DNA of 64,000 nucleotides from Thermoplasmata archaeon (GTDB lineage Archaea; Thermoplasmatota; Thermoplasmata; Lutacidiplasmatales; UBA184): positions 21,042-85,041 of the forward strand of contig JAKIWL010000002.1 of NCBI GenBank assembly GCA_022750055.1. Reading direction: 5' to 3'. The translations under genes were made by a program, and so were the position numbers. Every line of letters starts with the position of its first letter. The stretch's first letter is position 1. Positions 18,872 to 27,935 of this stretch are shown piece by piece. The notes beneath the pieces are model-generated. The model saw only the letters and a list, made by a program, of their open reading frames with translations, was not told where the DNA came from and searched no databases.

Positions 18872-20406
18872 AGAGGGGTCCCCCACTCCGCCACGCCGGC
18901 CGCTCCGAGGACCCGGTCGAGGGCCGCATGGTACTCTTCGGGCGGAGCTTTTAGGACCGGCCCGATCCATGGGACGAGGCTCCGCCCGAAGTTCTGCTCG
19001 GTATCGGTGAACTGCCACAGGTGGGCCGATTCCTTTCCGAGCACGACAAGGAGGCCGAAAGCGATTCCGCGCTGCTTTCCCTCGCGAGGAAGGCGGTCCA
19101 ACAGGAGCTTTTCGGAAGCACGCGCCCCTTGGGACCGATAGGCGCGCGCGATCGAATCCAGGAAGGTCGCCTCCGGAACGAGGCCGTGGTACTGCGGGAG
19201 CGCATCGAGCGCCTCCCGTTCTCGTGTCGCCCGCGCGGCGCGATGCAACAGTTCGCTCACCCGCCCGGGGGCACTGCGGGCCTCCTTGACCAAACGACTC
19301 GCCCGTTCCGGATCCGGCACGATCGCCTGAACGATCGTCTCCGCGTGGTCGGGCCACAGCTTCTCGAGGGCTCGACTCGCGGTGGCCTCTTCCACCTCGA
19401 ACAGCCCCTGGACCTCGGGCAGGACGCGCTCGAGGGCCGCCTGCTCTTCGGGGGTCGGTTCGAGCGAATCGATGAATCGCTTGCGGTCCGGCCCGAAGCA
19501 GTTCCCTTCCGAGACGAAGATGGGAGACCGCGACCGTTCGAACAGAGGGAGCACCCCGGCGACGTACTCGTCCAAAACCTCTCGGTCGGAGAGCTTTCCG
19601 AAATGGTAGCGCTTGGTGACTCCCCTCGATAGGCCCGGGAGGTGTCGGTGAGGACAATCCGGGGCGCTGTCGCACTGGGCGTTCAGGGACACGGTCACGC
19701 GGAAGGCCGACTCCGGGTCCGGGATCGCCGCGTTCGAGCTCAGATCGGCGAGCAGATGGCGGTCGCTTTTCGCGCAGCGTCGGCACAGTCGGACCCGGGT
19801 CTGCGCCCCCGTCCAATCGACCTCGAGGAACGGGACGTGGCTACCGGGGGCGAGGTGGGGACAATCGAGGGCCCGCCCCTCGGGGGCCGTTTGCAGGCGG
19901 TACGGGAGATGGGCAAGCTGCCGGGTCCGAAATTCCTCCGGGGGAGCGGGGTCGGACCCGGTGCAATACAGGACGTCGTCGGTGGCGAAGAAATGGAACC
20001 CCTTGCGCGCCCAATCGAGATACCCGAGGAGCAGTCGGGTCGGGTCGTCGGAGTTCTGGACTGCGACCTCGGCCTCCCGGCTGGCTTTGGACAGCGGCGC
20101 GTAGGAGATCTCCCCAGCGGGATATCGGGCCACGATGAGCGCGGGAAGCTCGGGCTCGAGGTAGAACCTCAACAGCCCGGCGTAGGCGCGTGGGATCGGC
20201 TCCCCCCATCGACGCATCCGGTCGAGGCGGTGTTGATCGTCCCGGGCCTCCCGGACCTCCTCCAGATCGCGCCGGAGTCGATCGAATCGTTCCGGCGGGC
20301 AATCCCGGGCGAGCTTCGGCACTAGGGGTTCGACGCTGTCCCGAAGGCGAGAAGCCCGGCGCACGAGCTCCCCCTCCCGGCCCCCTGACGCCCGACGGAC
20401 CCGCAC
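18868..20406 (-). CDS. Hypothetical protein (512 aa) with Cys/His clusters
   Basis: Long, protein-like ORF filling the gap between dph5 and guaAA. CPH, CRRC and C..DCPH motifs suggest metal binding. Confidence 0.7.
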   Translation of the reverse strand: MRVRRASGGREGELVRRASRLRDSVEPLVPKLARDCPPERFDRLRRDLEEVREARDDQHRLDRMRRWGEPIPRAYAGLLRFYLEPELPALIVARYPAGEISYAPLSKASREAEVAVQNSDDPTRLLLGYLDWARKGFHFFATDDVLYCTGSDPAPPEEFRTRQLAHLPYRLQTAPEGRALDCPHLAPGSHVPFLEVDWTGAQTRVRLCRRCAKSDRHLLADLSSNAAIPDPESAFRVTVSLNAQCDSAPDCPHRHLPGLSRGVTKRYHFGKLSDREVLDEYVAGVLPLFERSRSPIFVSEGNCFGPDRKRFIDSLEPTPEEQAALERVLPEVQGLFEVEEATASRALEKLWPDHAETIVQAIVPDPERASRLVKEARSAPGRVSELLHRAARATREREALDALPQYHGLVPEATFLDSIARAYRSQGARASEKLLLDRLPREGKQRGIAFGLLVVLGKESAHLWQFTDTEQNFGRSLVPWIGPVLKAPPEEYHAALDRVLGAAGVAEWGTPL

Positions 20407-20466
20407 CGGATCGATCGCCTCCGTCGTTCTATCGGCGGACCCTACATGAGCGCTTCACCACCGAAG

Positions 20467-21033
20467 CTAGTGTCGGACCGCCGTGAGGAAGTTTTGAAAC
20501 ATCCGGCGGCCGTGCTCGGTGTGCTCGACCTCCGGGTGGAACTGGACTCCCCAGATCGGACGAGTTGGGTGGGCCATCGCCTCCACGGGACACGCCTCGG
20601 AATGGGCGAGAGCCGACCAGCCCTCGGGCACTTGGGTCACCTGGTCGTTGTGGCTCGCCCAGACGGTGATCTGGTCCGGTATCCCTGTGAACAGGGGATC
20701 GCTCGGCCGGTCGACGGCCAGCCGGACGCGACCGAACTCCGGAGCGTCCGAGCGTCCCACCGACCCGCCGAAGTGTCGGGCCAGGAACTGGTGACCGACG
20801 CAGATCGCCAGGACGGGGACCTCGACCCGATCGATCCAATCCCCCACTGCTCCGAGTGGGTCGTTGCGCCCTTCGAGGCTGAGGGCTCCACCCGATAGGA
20901 CGACGGCGTCCGCGTCGAGGGATTCGAAGGGGGTCGAGTTCGGGATGATGCGGCTGTCGACCCCGAGGTCCCGCAGCACCCGGTACTCACGATGCGTCCA
21001 CTGTCCGCCGTTGTCGACGACCGGGACCCTCAA
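20467..21033 (-). CDS. guaAA: GMP synthase glutamine amidotransferase subunit A
   Basis: VVDNGGQWTHRE, LSGG, AICVGHQ nucleophile, WASHND, GVQFHPEVEHT. TTG start. Confidence 0.93.
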   Translation of the reverse strand: MRVPVVDNGGQWTHREYRVLRDLGVDSRIIPNSTPFESLDADAVVLSGGALSLEGRNDPLGAVGDWIDRVEVPVLAICVGHQFLARHFGGSVGRSDAPEFGRVRLAVDRPSDPLFTGIPDQITVWASHNDQVTQVPEGWSALAHSEACPVEAMAHPTRPIWGVQFHPEVEHTEHGRRMFQNFLTAVRH

Positions 21034-21392
21034 CGTGCCTCCCGGCGAGTGGGATCGTCCTCGGTGGGGCCCGACGTCGCCTCGAGCGACTGGCGTAGCT
21101 CGGCCACGTCCTCCCGAAGCTTTTGGACGTCGGAGCGCATGCGAAGCATCTCCTCTTCGAACACCGTGAACCCACCGGCGGACTGCATCCGTTGGGAGAT
21201 GTAGATGCCGATGAAGACGGCCCCCACGAGCGCGAGGATCGTGGTGAACACGAGTGCGAAGATGAAGGAGATGAGGTTGCCGAGGGCCGACAGAAGAGGC
21301 AACGTGAAAAGGCGGGTCAGCTCGGCGATCTCGATCAGGAACAGGAACCCTACCACCGCCGCCCAGAATGCGATGACGCGGCGCGGGGTCAT
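21030..21392 (-). CDS. Small two-TM membrane protein with a C-terminal coiled coil
   Basis: ATG 21392 (MTPRRVIAFW...) overlaps the upstream stop. Two hydrophobic helices, then FEEEMLRMRSDVQKL. Confidence 0.7.
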   Translation of the reverse strand: MTPRRVIAFWAAVVGFLFLIEIAELTRLFTLPLLSALGNLISFIFALVFTTILALVGAVFIGIYISQRMQSAGGFTVFEEEMLRMRSDVQKLREDVAELRQSLEATSGPTEDDPTRREAR

Positions 21393-21940
21393 GGGAAGCT
21401 CCCTACGGGGACCGATTCGAGCAGGAACGTGAGTGGGAGGGTGCCGATCGGGGTCGTGGTCGAGGAAGCGGGACTCGGGAAGTAGGACTCCGAAAGCACG
21501 GTCGTGCTCGTGAGGTTGAACTCGAAGACGCCGACGAAAAAGGCCGAGGCGCCGCTGGGGTCGATGTAGAGGGCGCTCACGTTCACGGCGACCGGGTTCC
21601 AAGCGGTCGTCTCCTCCGCAACGATGGATTGGTTCCAAACCGACCGATTCGAGAAGGAGAACGTCGGGGAGGACGGAGGGCCCCCGGGGGGCGGGTGGGC
21701 AAAGGAGAGCGTGATGGCCGCATACCGGACCGTTCCGATGCCTTCCACGTAGAAGTGAGTAAAGTTCTGGTCGGGGGATCGGTCGATGATGAGTTCGGCC
21801 TCCGTCTCGAGGCTGCCGGCCGTCGGGCGTCCCAGCGACAGGAAGTTGGGGGTCAAGGCGATCAACACCAGGAGGAGGACGACGACCGCCACGAACGGCA
21901 GGGGCAAGAGCTCGCGCAGGCGCTCGGAGGCCGCGGTCAC
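21389..21940 (-). CDS. Hypothetical membrane-anchored/secreted protein
   Basis: GTG 21940 overlaps the ubiX stop (GTGA). N-terminal TM followed by a beta-rich domain with sequons. Confidence 0.65.
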   Translation of the reverse strand: MTAASERLRELLPLPFVAVVVLLLVLIALTPNFLSLGRPTAGSLETEAELIIDRSPDQNFTHFYVEGIGTVRYAAITLSFAHPPPGGPPSSPTFSFSNRSVWNQSIVAEETTAWNPVAVNVSALYIDPSGASAFFVGVFEFNLTSTTVLSESYFPSPASSTTTPIGTLPLTFLLESVPVGSFP

Positions 21941-22512
21941 TGGGTTCCTCCCCCCCAGGGGCGGTAGAGCGAGTGCGCGACCCCGAGATGATCGAGAACC
22001 TTTCCGGCCAGATACGCGGTCTGGTCGTCGACCGTCGTCGGGTGGAGATAGTACGGAGCGGACGCCATTAGGATCACGACCCCGAGCTCGGCGAGGCGGG
22101 TCATGTGGGCAAGGGAGATCGCATCGAGAGGGGTTTCCCTCGGGACGAGGATGAGCGGCCGTTGTTCCTTGAGATGCACATGGGCAGCCCGCCCGATCAG
22201 GGTGTCCGATAGCCCGGTCGCGATCCGAGCGAGCTGGTTCATGGAACACGGCACGACCGCCATCCCTGAGGTGCGGACTGTACCGCTCGCGATGGGGGCC
22301 GCGAGGTCGGAGTCCGAGTAGAGGTGGGCCGCCTTCCGACCGATCTCCTCGGGGGTGAGCCCGGTCTCCTCCTTCAGCACCGCCCGGCCCCCGCCACTGA
22401 CCACGAGGTCAAACGGAGTCCCCGCGGCGGAGAGCGCATCCGCGACTCGGAGCGCGATGGGCGCGCCGCTGGCTCCGGTGATGCCGAGCACGATCGGCGC
22501 CAGTTCGTTCAA
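21937..22512 (-). CDS. ubiX: Flavin prenyltransferase UbiX
   Basis: GITGASGA, APIASG, VVPCSM, RAA.V.LKE.RPLILVPRETP, PYY.HP. Confidence 0.93.
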   Translation of the reverse strand: MNELAPIVLGITGASGAPIALRVADALSAAGTPFDLVVSGGGRAVLKEETGLTPEEIGRKAAHLYSDSDLAAPIASGTVRTSGMAVVPCSMNQLARIATGLSDTLIGRAAHVHLKEQRPLILVPRETPLDAISLAHMTRLAELGVVILMASAPYYLHPTTVDDQTAYLAGKVLDHLGVAHSLYRPWGGGTQ

Positions 22513-22586
22513 GGGCTCATCCTCGGCGGGGCCACGGGGTTATCTCCTTCAACGGTTCCAGCGTAAATACGGTTCGGGAGCCTCGG

Positions 22587-23753
22587 GTGACGCATCGGAG
22601 GGCCGCAGTCATCGGAGCCGGCCACACCCGATTCGGTGTGCTGCCGGAGGGCCCCCGCTCGCTGCTGCGGGCTTCGGTCGATGGGGCCCTGACGAGCGTC
22701 GATCGAGGGCTGGACCGCCGGGAGATCGGGGAGGCCTTCCTCGGGACGTTGGGCTTTTCCGGCTGGCAACTGGGCAACGCCTCGGCGATCCTCGCGGAGG
22801 AAGCGCGAACGCCGGGCATTCCGGTGACTCGGGTCGAGAATGCTTGCGCATCCAGCGGATTCGCCCTCCGGGCGGGGATCCGCGCGATCGAGAGCGGAGC
22901 CCGGGACGTAGTCCTGGTCTGCGGCCTCGAGAAGATGACCGATTCCCCTTCGTCACGACGGCGCTACTGGCTCGGCGTTTCGGGCGACACCGAGTGGGAA
23001 CGCATGGCGGGCCTCACTTTTGCCGGGGTCTACGGTCTCATGGCGAGCGCGCATATCCGGGAGCACGGGACCCCGCTCGAAGCGCTCGCGGAGGTAGCCG
23101 TCAAGAATCACGAGAATGCTCTCAAGAATCCCAACGCGCACTTCCACAAGCGCATCACGAGAGAGGAGGCGCTCGCCGCGCCCCTCGTCGCGGACCCGCT
23201 CAGGCTCTTCGATTGCTGTCCCGTCAGCGACGGGGCGGCTTCGGTCCTGCTGGCCGGTGAGGAACTCGCTCGACGATTCACCGATACCCCCGTGACCGTG
23301 ATCGGCGACGGAGCCGCCTCGGATACCCTCGCCCTCCAGAACCGTGCCTCCCTGACGCGTCTCGCCGCGACTCGGCGCGCGGCGGAGGAAGCGTTCCAGC
23401 GTGCAGGCACGGACCGAAACACCGTCGACTTTCTCGAAGTCCATGATTGTTTCACGATCGCCGAGCTCTTGGCGCTCGAGGACCTCGGATTCGCCGACCC
23501 CGGCGGCGCGGCGCAGCTCGAGCTCTCCGGCGTCACCCGGCTGGGCGGCGACCTCCCCGTGAACCCGGACGGGGGACTGAAGGCGAAGGGTCATCCGATC
23601 GGGGCGACGGGGGCGAGCCAAGCCTACGAGGCGTTCCTCCAACTCCGTAACGCGGCGGGAGACCGACAGGTCAAGGGAGCGGTAACGGCCCTCACGCACA
23701 ACGTAGGCGGATCCGGAGCGAGCGCGACGGTGACCTTGTTCTCGGTGAGGTAG
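22587..23753 (+). CDS. Archaeal (SCP2-type) acetyl-CoA acetyltransferase / thiolase
   Basis: RVENACASSG (catalytic Cys), GLEKM, KNH.N...NP.AH, DCCPVSDGA, EVHDCF, GHPIGATG, HNVGG. Confidence 0.92.
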   Translation: MTHRRAAVIGAGHTRFGVLPEGPRSLLRASVDGALTSVDRGLDRREIGEAFLGTLGFSGWQLGNASAILAEEARTPGIPVTRVENACASSGFALRAGIRAIESGARDVVLVCGLEKMTDSPSSRRRYWLGVSGDTEWERMAGLTFAGVYGLMASAHIREHGTPLEALAEVAVKNHENALKNPNAHFHKRITREEALAAPLVADPLRLFDCCPVSDGAASVLLAGEELARRFTDTPVTVIGDGAASDTLALQNRASLTRLAATRRAAEEAFQRAGTDRNTVDFLEVHDCFTIAELLALEDLGFADPGGAAQLELSGVTRLGGDLPVNPDGGLKAKGHPIGATGASQAYEAFLQLRNAAGDRQVKGAVTALTHNVGGSGASATVTLFSVR

Positions 23754-23757
23754 CTTC

Positions 23758-25086
23758 GTGGACCGCGAGATCGTCGCCGCATCGTTTTCGGAGGCCCGGG
23801 GACGGTTGGGTGGCTCGCCGGTCGAAGGACCGGACGAGGACGCCTTCACGCTGGCCTGCGAGGCGTTCGACGAGCTACCCTGGGCGGCCGGTGATGCTCC
23901 GCGCGTCCGGGCGCATGTCGTCGGGGAGCTTCCCGAAGGAGCGCCCGATGACCTGGCGGAGGGCCTCGGAGTTCCGGGTCTCCAACGCGTGGACTGGCCC
24001 GGGACGACGGCGGGGCTTTGGGATGCGCTCGCGGCCGCCTCGCAGGCGACCGGGGCCGGTACTGAAGCGGTCGTCCTGTTCGAGTCGGGGCCACCGCAGG
24101 ATTCGATCTCCCAACGACCGCTCGCCGGGGCGTTGGCCCTTGGCCTAAGCCGGCGGGACGGGATTCGATACGTTGGGCACACTCCAGTCGACTCGTCCGA
24201 CAGAAACACCCCGTCCTTCCGGTCGGGGACCGATCTCCTGTTCGGAGATCGAGACGCGGGCGACCCGCTCCCTCCCCTCATTCGCTACTTGGAGGCGGAG
24301 CCGGCGAGCCCGTCGATAGAACGGTCGAGTGGGTCAAGTATCCCGGCCAACCGGTCGCGCTTGGAGGACGGTCGGGACCCCGGATCGATCCACTCGATCC
24401 TGGAGCTCTGGCAGGCGGTTTGGTCGGTTGACGGTCCGAGAGTGGCGATAGGTATCGAGGGCCCCAATGGATCGTCCTTGGTCGCGTTGGAACGGCACGC
24501 CCCCATCGCGAGCGTGGTGCGCCGGTCGGCGTCCTCCAACGGGACCACTCGCGAGGCGAGAACCTCTTCGACCCGCCCCTCGGCTCTCCCGGCGAATCTC
24601 TCTGAAGGCGCCTATGTCCCCAGAGCCACCTACCGGTCCGAACGGGCCCATCGCTGGCGGTTGGCGGCGGATCGATGCTCCCGCTGCGGCGAGATCACCT
24701 TCCCCTCGCACGGCCGCTGTGCATCGTGCGGCAGCACCGACACCCTGACTCGGTTCGAACTTCCCCGCCGTGACCTCCGAGTGGAAGCCTCGACGATCAT
24801 CCACGCGGGTGCGCAACCCACCGAATTCGACCGGCAGGTCGAGGGGGCTGGCCCCTACGAGGTGGTGATCGCCTCGGTGTGCCCCGGGGTCCGGATCACC
24901 CTTCAAGTCAGCGACACTCCGGTCGGGAGCATCGGGGTCGGGGACCGAATCGATGCAAAGCTTCGAAGGCTCATCCCAATGGAAGGGGAGTGGCGATACG
25001 GACTCAAGGCGGTCCCTGCCGTTGGGCAGGCGATGCCGGAGAGATCCTCGAGAAGTCCAAGTCCGACGGATGACCCCCATGCCTGA
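23758..25086 (+). CDS. Degenerate HMG-CoA-synthase-like domain fused to DUF35 (Zn-ribbon + OB-fold)
   Basis: N-terminal DEDAFTLA resembles the HMGS/KAS-III DED..T.A motif but no catalytic Cys is evident. C-terminal SEGAYVP...CSRCG..TFP...CASC and OB-fold ending RRL..MEGEWRYGLK. Confidence 0.75.
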   Translation: MDREIVAASFSEARGRLGGSPVEGPDEDAFTLACEAFDELPWAAGDAPRVRAHVVGELPEGAPDDLAEGLGVPGLQRVDWPGTTAGLWDALAAASQATGAGTEAVVLFESGPPQDSISQRPLAGALALGLSRRDGIRYVGHTPVDSSDRNTPSFRSGTDLLFGDRDAGDPLPPLIRYLEAEPASPSIERSSGSSIPANRSRLEDGRDPGSIHSILELWQAVWSVDGPRVAIGIEGPNGSSLVALERHAPIASVVRRSASSNGTTREARTSSTRPSALPANLSEGAYVPRATYRSERAHRWRLAADRCSRCGEITFPSHGRCASCGSTDTLTRFELPRRDLRVEASTIIHAGAQPTEFDRQVEGAGPYEVVIASVCPGVRITLQVSDTPVGSIGVGDRIDAKLRRLIPMEGEWRYGLKAVPAVGQAMPERSSRSPSPTDDPHA

Positions 25087-25189
25087 GCGGTGAACCCCCC
25101 TCGCCGAAGCTGACGGTTGGCGTGCCCCGAGGCGGGGCCGCTCTTTCCATCGGGCCCGCCAGATTGCTCCGAACGCGACCTGCAAGCCC

Positions 25190-25208
25190 TTAAATACCCC
25201 CTATATAA
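25190..25208 (+). promoter_or_regulatory. tbp promoter (two adjacent TATA-like boxes)
   Basis: TTAAATA (25190) and TATATAA (25202). The second lies 22-28 nt upstream of ATG 25230. Confidence 0.65.
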
Positions 25209-25229
25209 GTGGCCGAGCGAGAGAGTCCC

Positions 25230-25778
25230 ATGGTCAAGATCCGGATCGAAAACGTCGTCGCGTCGACCTCCCTCGGGGACGAACTCGACCTGCAGTCGAT
25301 CGCCCTCGGCCTCGAAGGCGCCGAATACGAGCCGGAGCAGTTTCCCGGTCTCATCTACCGGCTGAAGGAGCCGAAGACGGCGATCTTGCTGTTCCGGTCC
25401 GGGAAGGTCGTCTGCACCGGGGCGAAGAGCATGAAGGAGGTCGAGAACTCGATCGCGACGGTATCGGCCCAGATCCGCAAGGGCGGCCAGAAGATCCTCA
25501 TGCACCCGAAGATCCAGGTGCAGAACATCGTCGCGAGCTCCGACCTCGAGTCGGAGATCAACCTGAACGCGATCGCGGTCACGCTGGGCCTCGACCGGGT
25601 CGAGTACGAACCGGAGCAGTTCCCCGGCCTGGTTTGCCGGATCGACGATCCGAAGGTCGTCGTCCTGCTGTTCGGAAGCGGCAAGCTCGTCTGCACGGGC
25701 GCTCGGAAACCTTCGGACGTCGAGGTCGCGGTCAAGAAGATCACGAAGGAACTCCGAGGCGCGAGCCTCCTGCGGTAA
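25230..25778 (+). CDS. tbp: TATA-box-binding protein
   Basis: Two repeats of I.N.VAS...YEPEQFPGL..R...PK...LLF.SGK.VCTGA. Alternative GTG start at 25209. Confidence 0.98.
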   Translation: MVKIRIENVVASTSLGDELDLQSIALGLEGAEYEPEQFPGLIYRLKEPKTAILLFRSGKVVCTGAKSMKEVENSIATVSAQIRKGGQKILMHPKIQVQNIVASSDLESEINLNAIAVTLGLDRVEYEPEQFPGLVCRIDDPKVVVLLFGSGKLVCTGARKPSDVEVAVKKITKELRGASLLR

Positions 25779-25794
25779 AGGGCACCGCGCACTC

Positions 25795-26679
25795 GTGGCG
25801 CTCCCCCACGACCTGCCCGTCGTCGACCACCACTGCCACCTGTCCCCGACCGGGGATGGGATCGAGGCGGCCCGTCGGTTCGAGAAGGCCGGAGGGACCC
25901 ATCTCTTTCTCGCGACCCAGCAGTACGGCGAGCATCCACCCAGCTCGGTGGGCGAGTACGAAGGCCAGTTCGAGGCGACCGACGCGATCGCGCGCGGGGT
26001 GGAACAGGCGACCGGAGTCCGCGTCTATCGGGTGGTGGCGCCCTACCCCGTAGACCTGATCACCCTCGCCCCTCGACTCGGTCTCGCCGAGGCACGTCGC
26101 GTGATCGAAGGCGCCCTCGAGCTCGCGGGTCGCTGGGTCCGGGAAGGGCGGGCCGTCGCGCTCGGCGAGGTCGGTCGGCCCCACTTCGCCATGGAGCAAG
26201 CGCTCCGCGACGCCTCGGAGGAGCTCTTCCGACGAGCTCTCGAGGTGGCGACCGATGTGGGGTGTCCGGCGGTCGTCCACTGCGAGGACCTCGATGCAGC
26301 CGGCTACCAGGCCATGGCGGACCTGGCCTCGCGCGTCGGGTTTCCGGTCCATCGACTCGTGAAGCACTACGCACGATCCTGGATCCCCCCTGAAGAGCGC
26401 GCTGGGATCGTCCCGTCCTTCCTCGCGAGCCGGGACTTGAGCGCCCGGGTCCTGCTGGACAACGGGCCTTGGTTGTGGGAGACCGACTACCTCGATGACC
26501 CGAAGCGGCCCGGGGCGGTGCTCGACCTCGCCACGATCCCACGCCGCGCGGCCCAGGTCGCCGCCTCCGGGAGCGCTGCACTCGAGGCCCTTCGGATCCC
26601 GTTCGAGACCGCGATCCGTTCGGTCTACGGGTTCACTCCGGCCGTCGATGACCGGCGCCGTCCTTCGGGGCGTCCGTGA
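25795..26679 (+). CDS. TatD-related metal-dependent hydrolase
   Basis: DHHCHL, ALGEVGRPH, VVHCE, VKHY, ETDYLDDPKRPGAVL. Confidence 0.88.
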   Translation: MALPHDLPVVDHHCHLSPTGDGIEAARRFEKAGGTHLFLATQQYGEHPPSSVGEYEGQFEATDAIARGVEQATGVRVYRVVAPYPVDLITLAPRLGLAEARRVIEGALELAGRWVREGRAVALGEVGRPHFAMEQALRDASEELFRRALEVATDVGCPAVVHCEDLDAAGYQAMADLASRVGFPVHRLVKHYARSWIPPEERAGIVPSFLASRDLSARVLLDNGPWLWETDYLDDPKRPGAVLDLATIPRRAAQVAASGSAALEALRIPFETAIRSVYGFTPAVDDRRRPSGRP

Positions 26680-26786
26680 CCCGACCCCATCGGTGAGGGC
26701 ACCGCTCGCGGTCTGCGTCCGTGCGCCCCTTCTCGATGGGGGGACGCTCTTTTACCCGCACCGACCTCCGAGGCTCGAGGGTTCCG

Positions 26787-27935
26787 ATGAGCTCCATTCT
26801 GGTGGCCGAAGAGACCCTCGACCCCAACTTCGTCCCGCCGCGACTGGTTCGCCGGGACGCGGAGCTGGCCCTCATCGTCGGCCGATATCGGAGCGCGCTG
26901 TCCAAGGGTCTGACCTACCACCAGTTCCTCACCGGGGGGATCGGGAGCGGGAAGACCGCGCTCGCCCGGAAGGTAGCCCAAGAACTCGCTCGGATCGGCC
27001 CCCTGAACCGCCGTCCGATCTTGACGCACTACGTCAATTGTTGGAGGCGATCGAACGACCGGCTGGTCCTACTCGAACTCCTCCGCGCGGTCGGGGTATA
27101 CCTGCCTGACAAGGGCTACGGAGTGCCGGACATGCTCGACACCCTCGAACAGGGCTTGCGAAAGACCCCGGCTCACCGCATCGTTCTTCTCGATGAAGTC
27201 GGAGCCCTCGTCCGGCAGGAGACCCGGCTCATCTACCTGCTCACCCGCTCCGGAGAGGTCGGGCTCGGATCGATCTCCCTCCTGATGGTGTCCCCGGAGG
27301 ACGTCCTGCCGTACCTCGACGCCGCGAGCCGGTCGAGTTTCGGTTCGACCCATCGGCTCGCCTTGCCGAGGTACGAGGCCGAGGACCTCGTCGAGATCCT
27401 CTCCTACCGTGCGGGGCTCGCCCTGCGCCCGGGCAGCTACTCCCCGGACGTGATCGAGCAGATCGCCTCCCTGGCGGCGCCGACGGGCGACGCCCGATTT
27501 GCCCTCGAGCTGTTGCAAGGCGCCGCCCGATACGCCGAAGAGTCCGGGTCAGCCGAGGTGGAGCCGGAGCATGTCCGTTCCTCCAAGGGGTCGATGATGC
27601 CGACCCTGAGCGAGGCGAAGCTCGAGGCCCTCGGGGATGCGGACCTCCTCATCCTGCTTGCGCTCTCCCGCTCCCTGCGGGGGCCCCGGACCCGGACCCC
27701 GACGGGTCGAGTCCGGCAATCCTATGCCTCGGTCGCCGAAGAATACGGCCGAGCCCCCGTGAGCCGGGTCACCTTCTGGCGTGCGGTTCGTTCGTTGGAA
27801 CTGGAGGGCGTCATTCAGGTCGAACCCTCGACCCCCGGCCGCCCCTCCCGCCTCGGCATGGACGAGGTCCCGGCCGGCCTCCTGACGACGTTGATCGAGG
27901 AGCGGTTCTCCGCCCGACGACGGCGGAAGTCCTAA
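26787..27935 (+). CDS. cdc6: Second, divergent Orc1/Cdc6-family AAA+ protein
   Basis: LDPNFVPPRLVRRD, Walker A GGIGSGKT, YVNCW, Walker B LLDEV, Y.AEDL.EIL..R, GDARFALELL, winged-helix C-terminus. Confidence 0.85.
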   Translation: MSSILVAEETLDPNFVPPRLVRRDAELALIVGRYRSALSKGLTYHQFLTGGIGSGKTALARKVAQELARIGPLNRRPILTHYVNCWRRSNDRLVLLELLRAVGVYLPDKGYGVPDMLDTLEQGLRKTPAHRIVLLDEVGALVRQETRLIYLLTRSGEVGLGSISLLMVSPEDVLPYLDAASRSSFGSTHRLALPRYEAEDLVEILSYRAGLALRPGSYSPDVIEQIASLAAPTGDARFALELLQGAARYAEESGSAEVEPEHVRSSKGSMMPTLSEAKLEALGDADLLILLALSRSLRGPRTRTPTGRVRQSYASVAEEYGRAPVSRVTFWRAVRSLELEGVIQVEPSTPGRPSRLGMDEVPAGLLTTLIEERFSARRRRKS

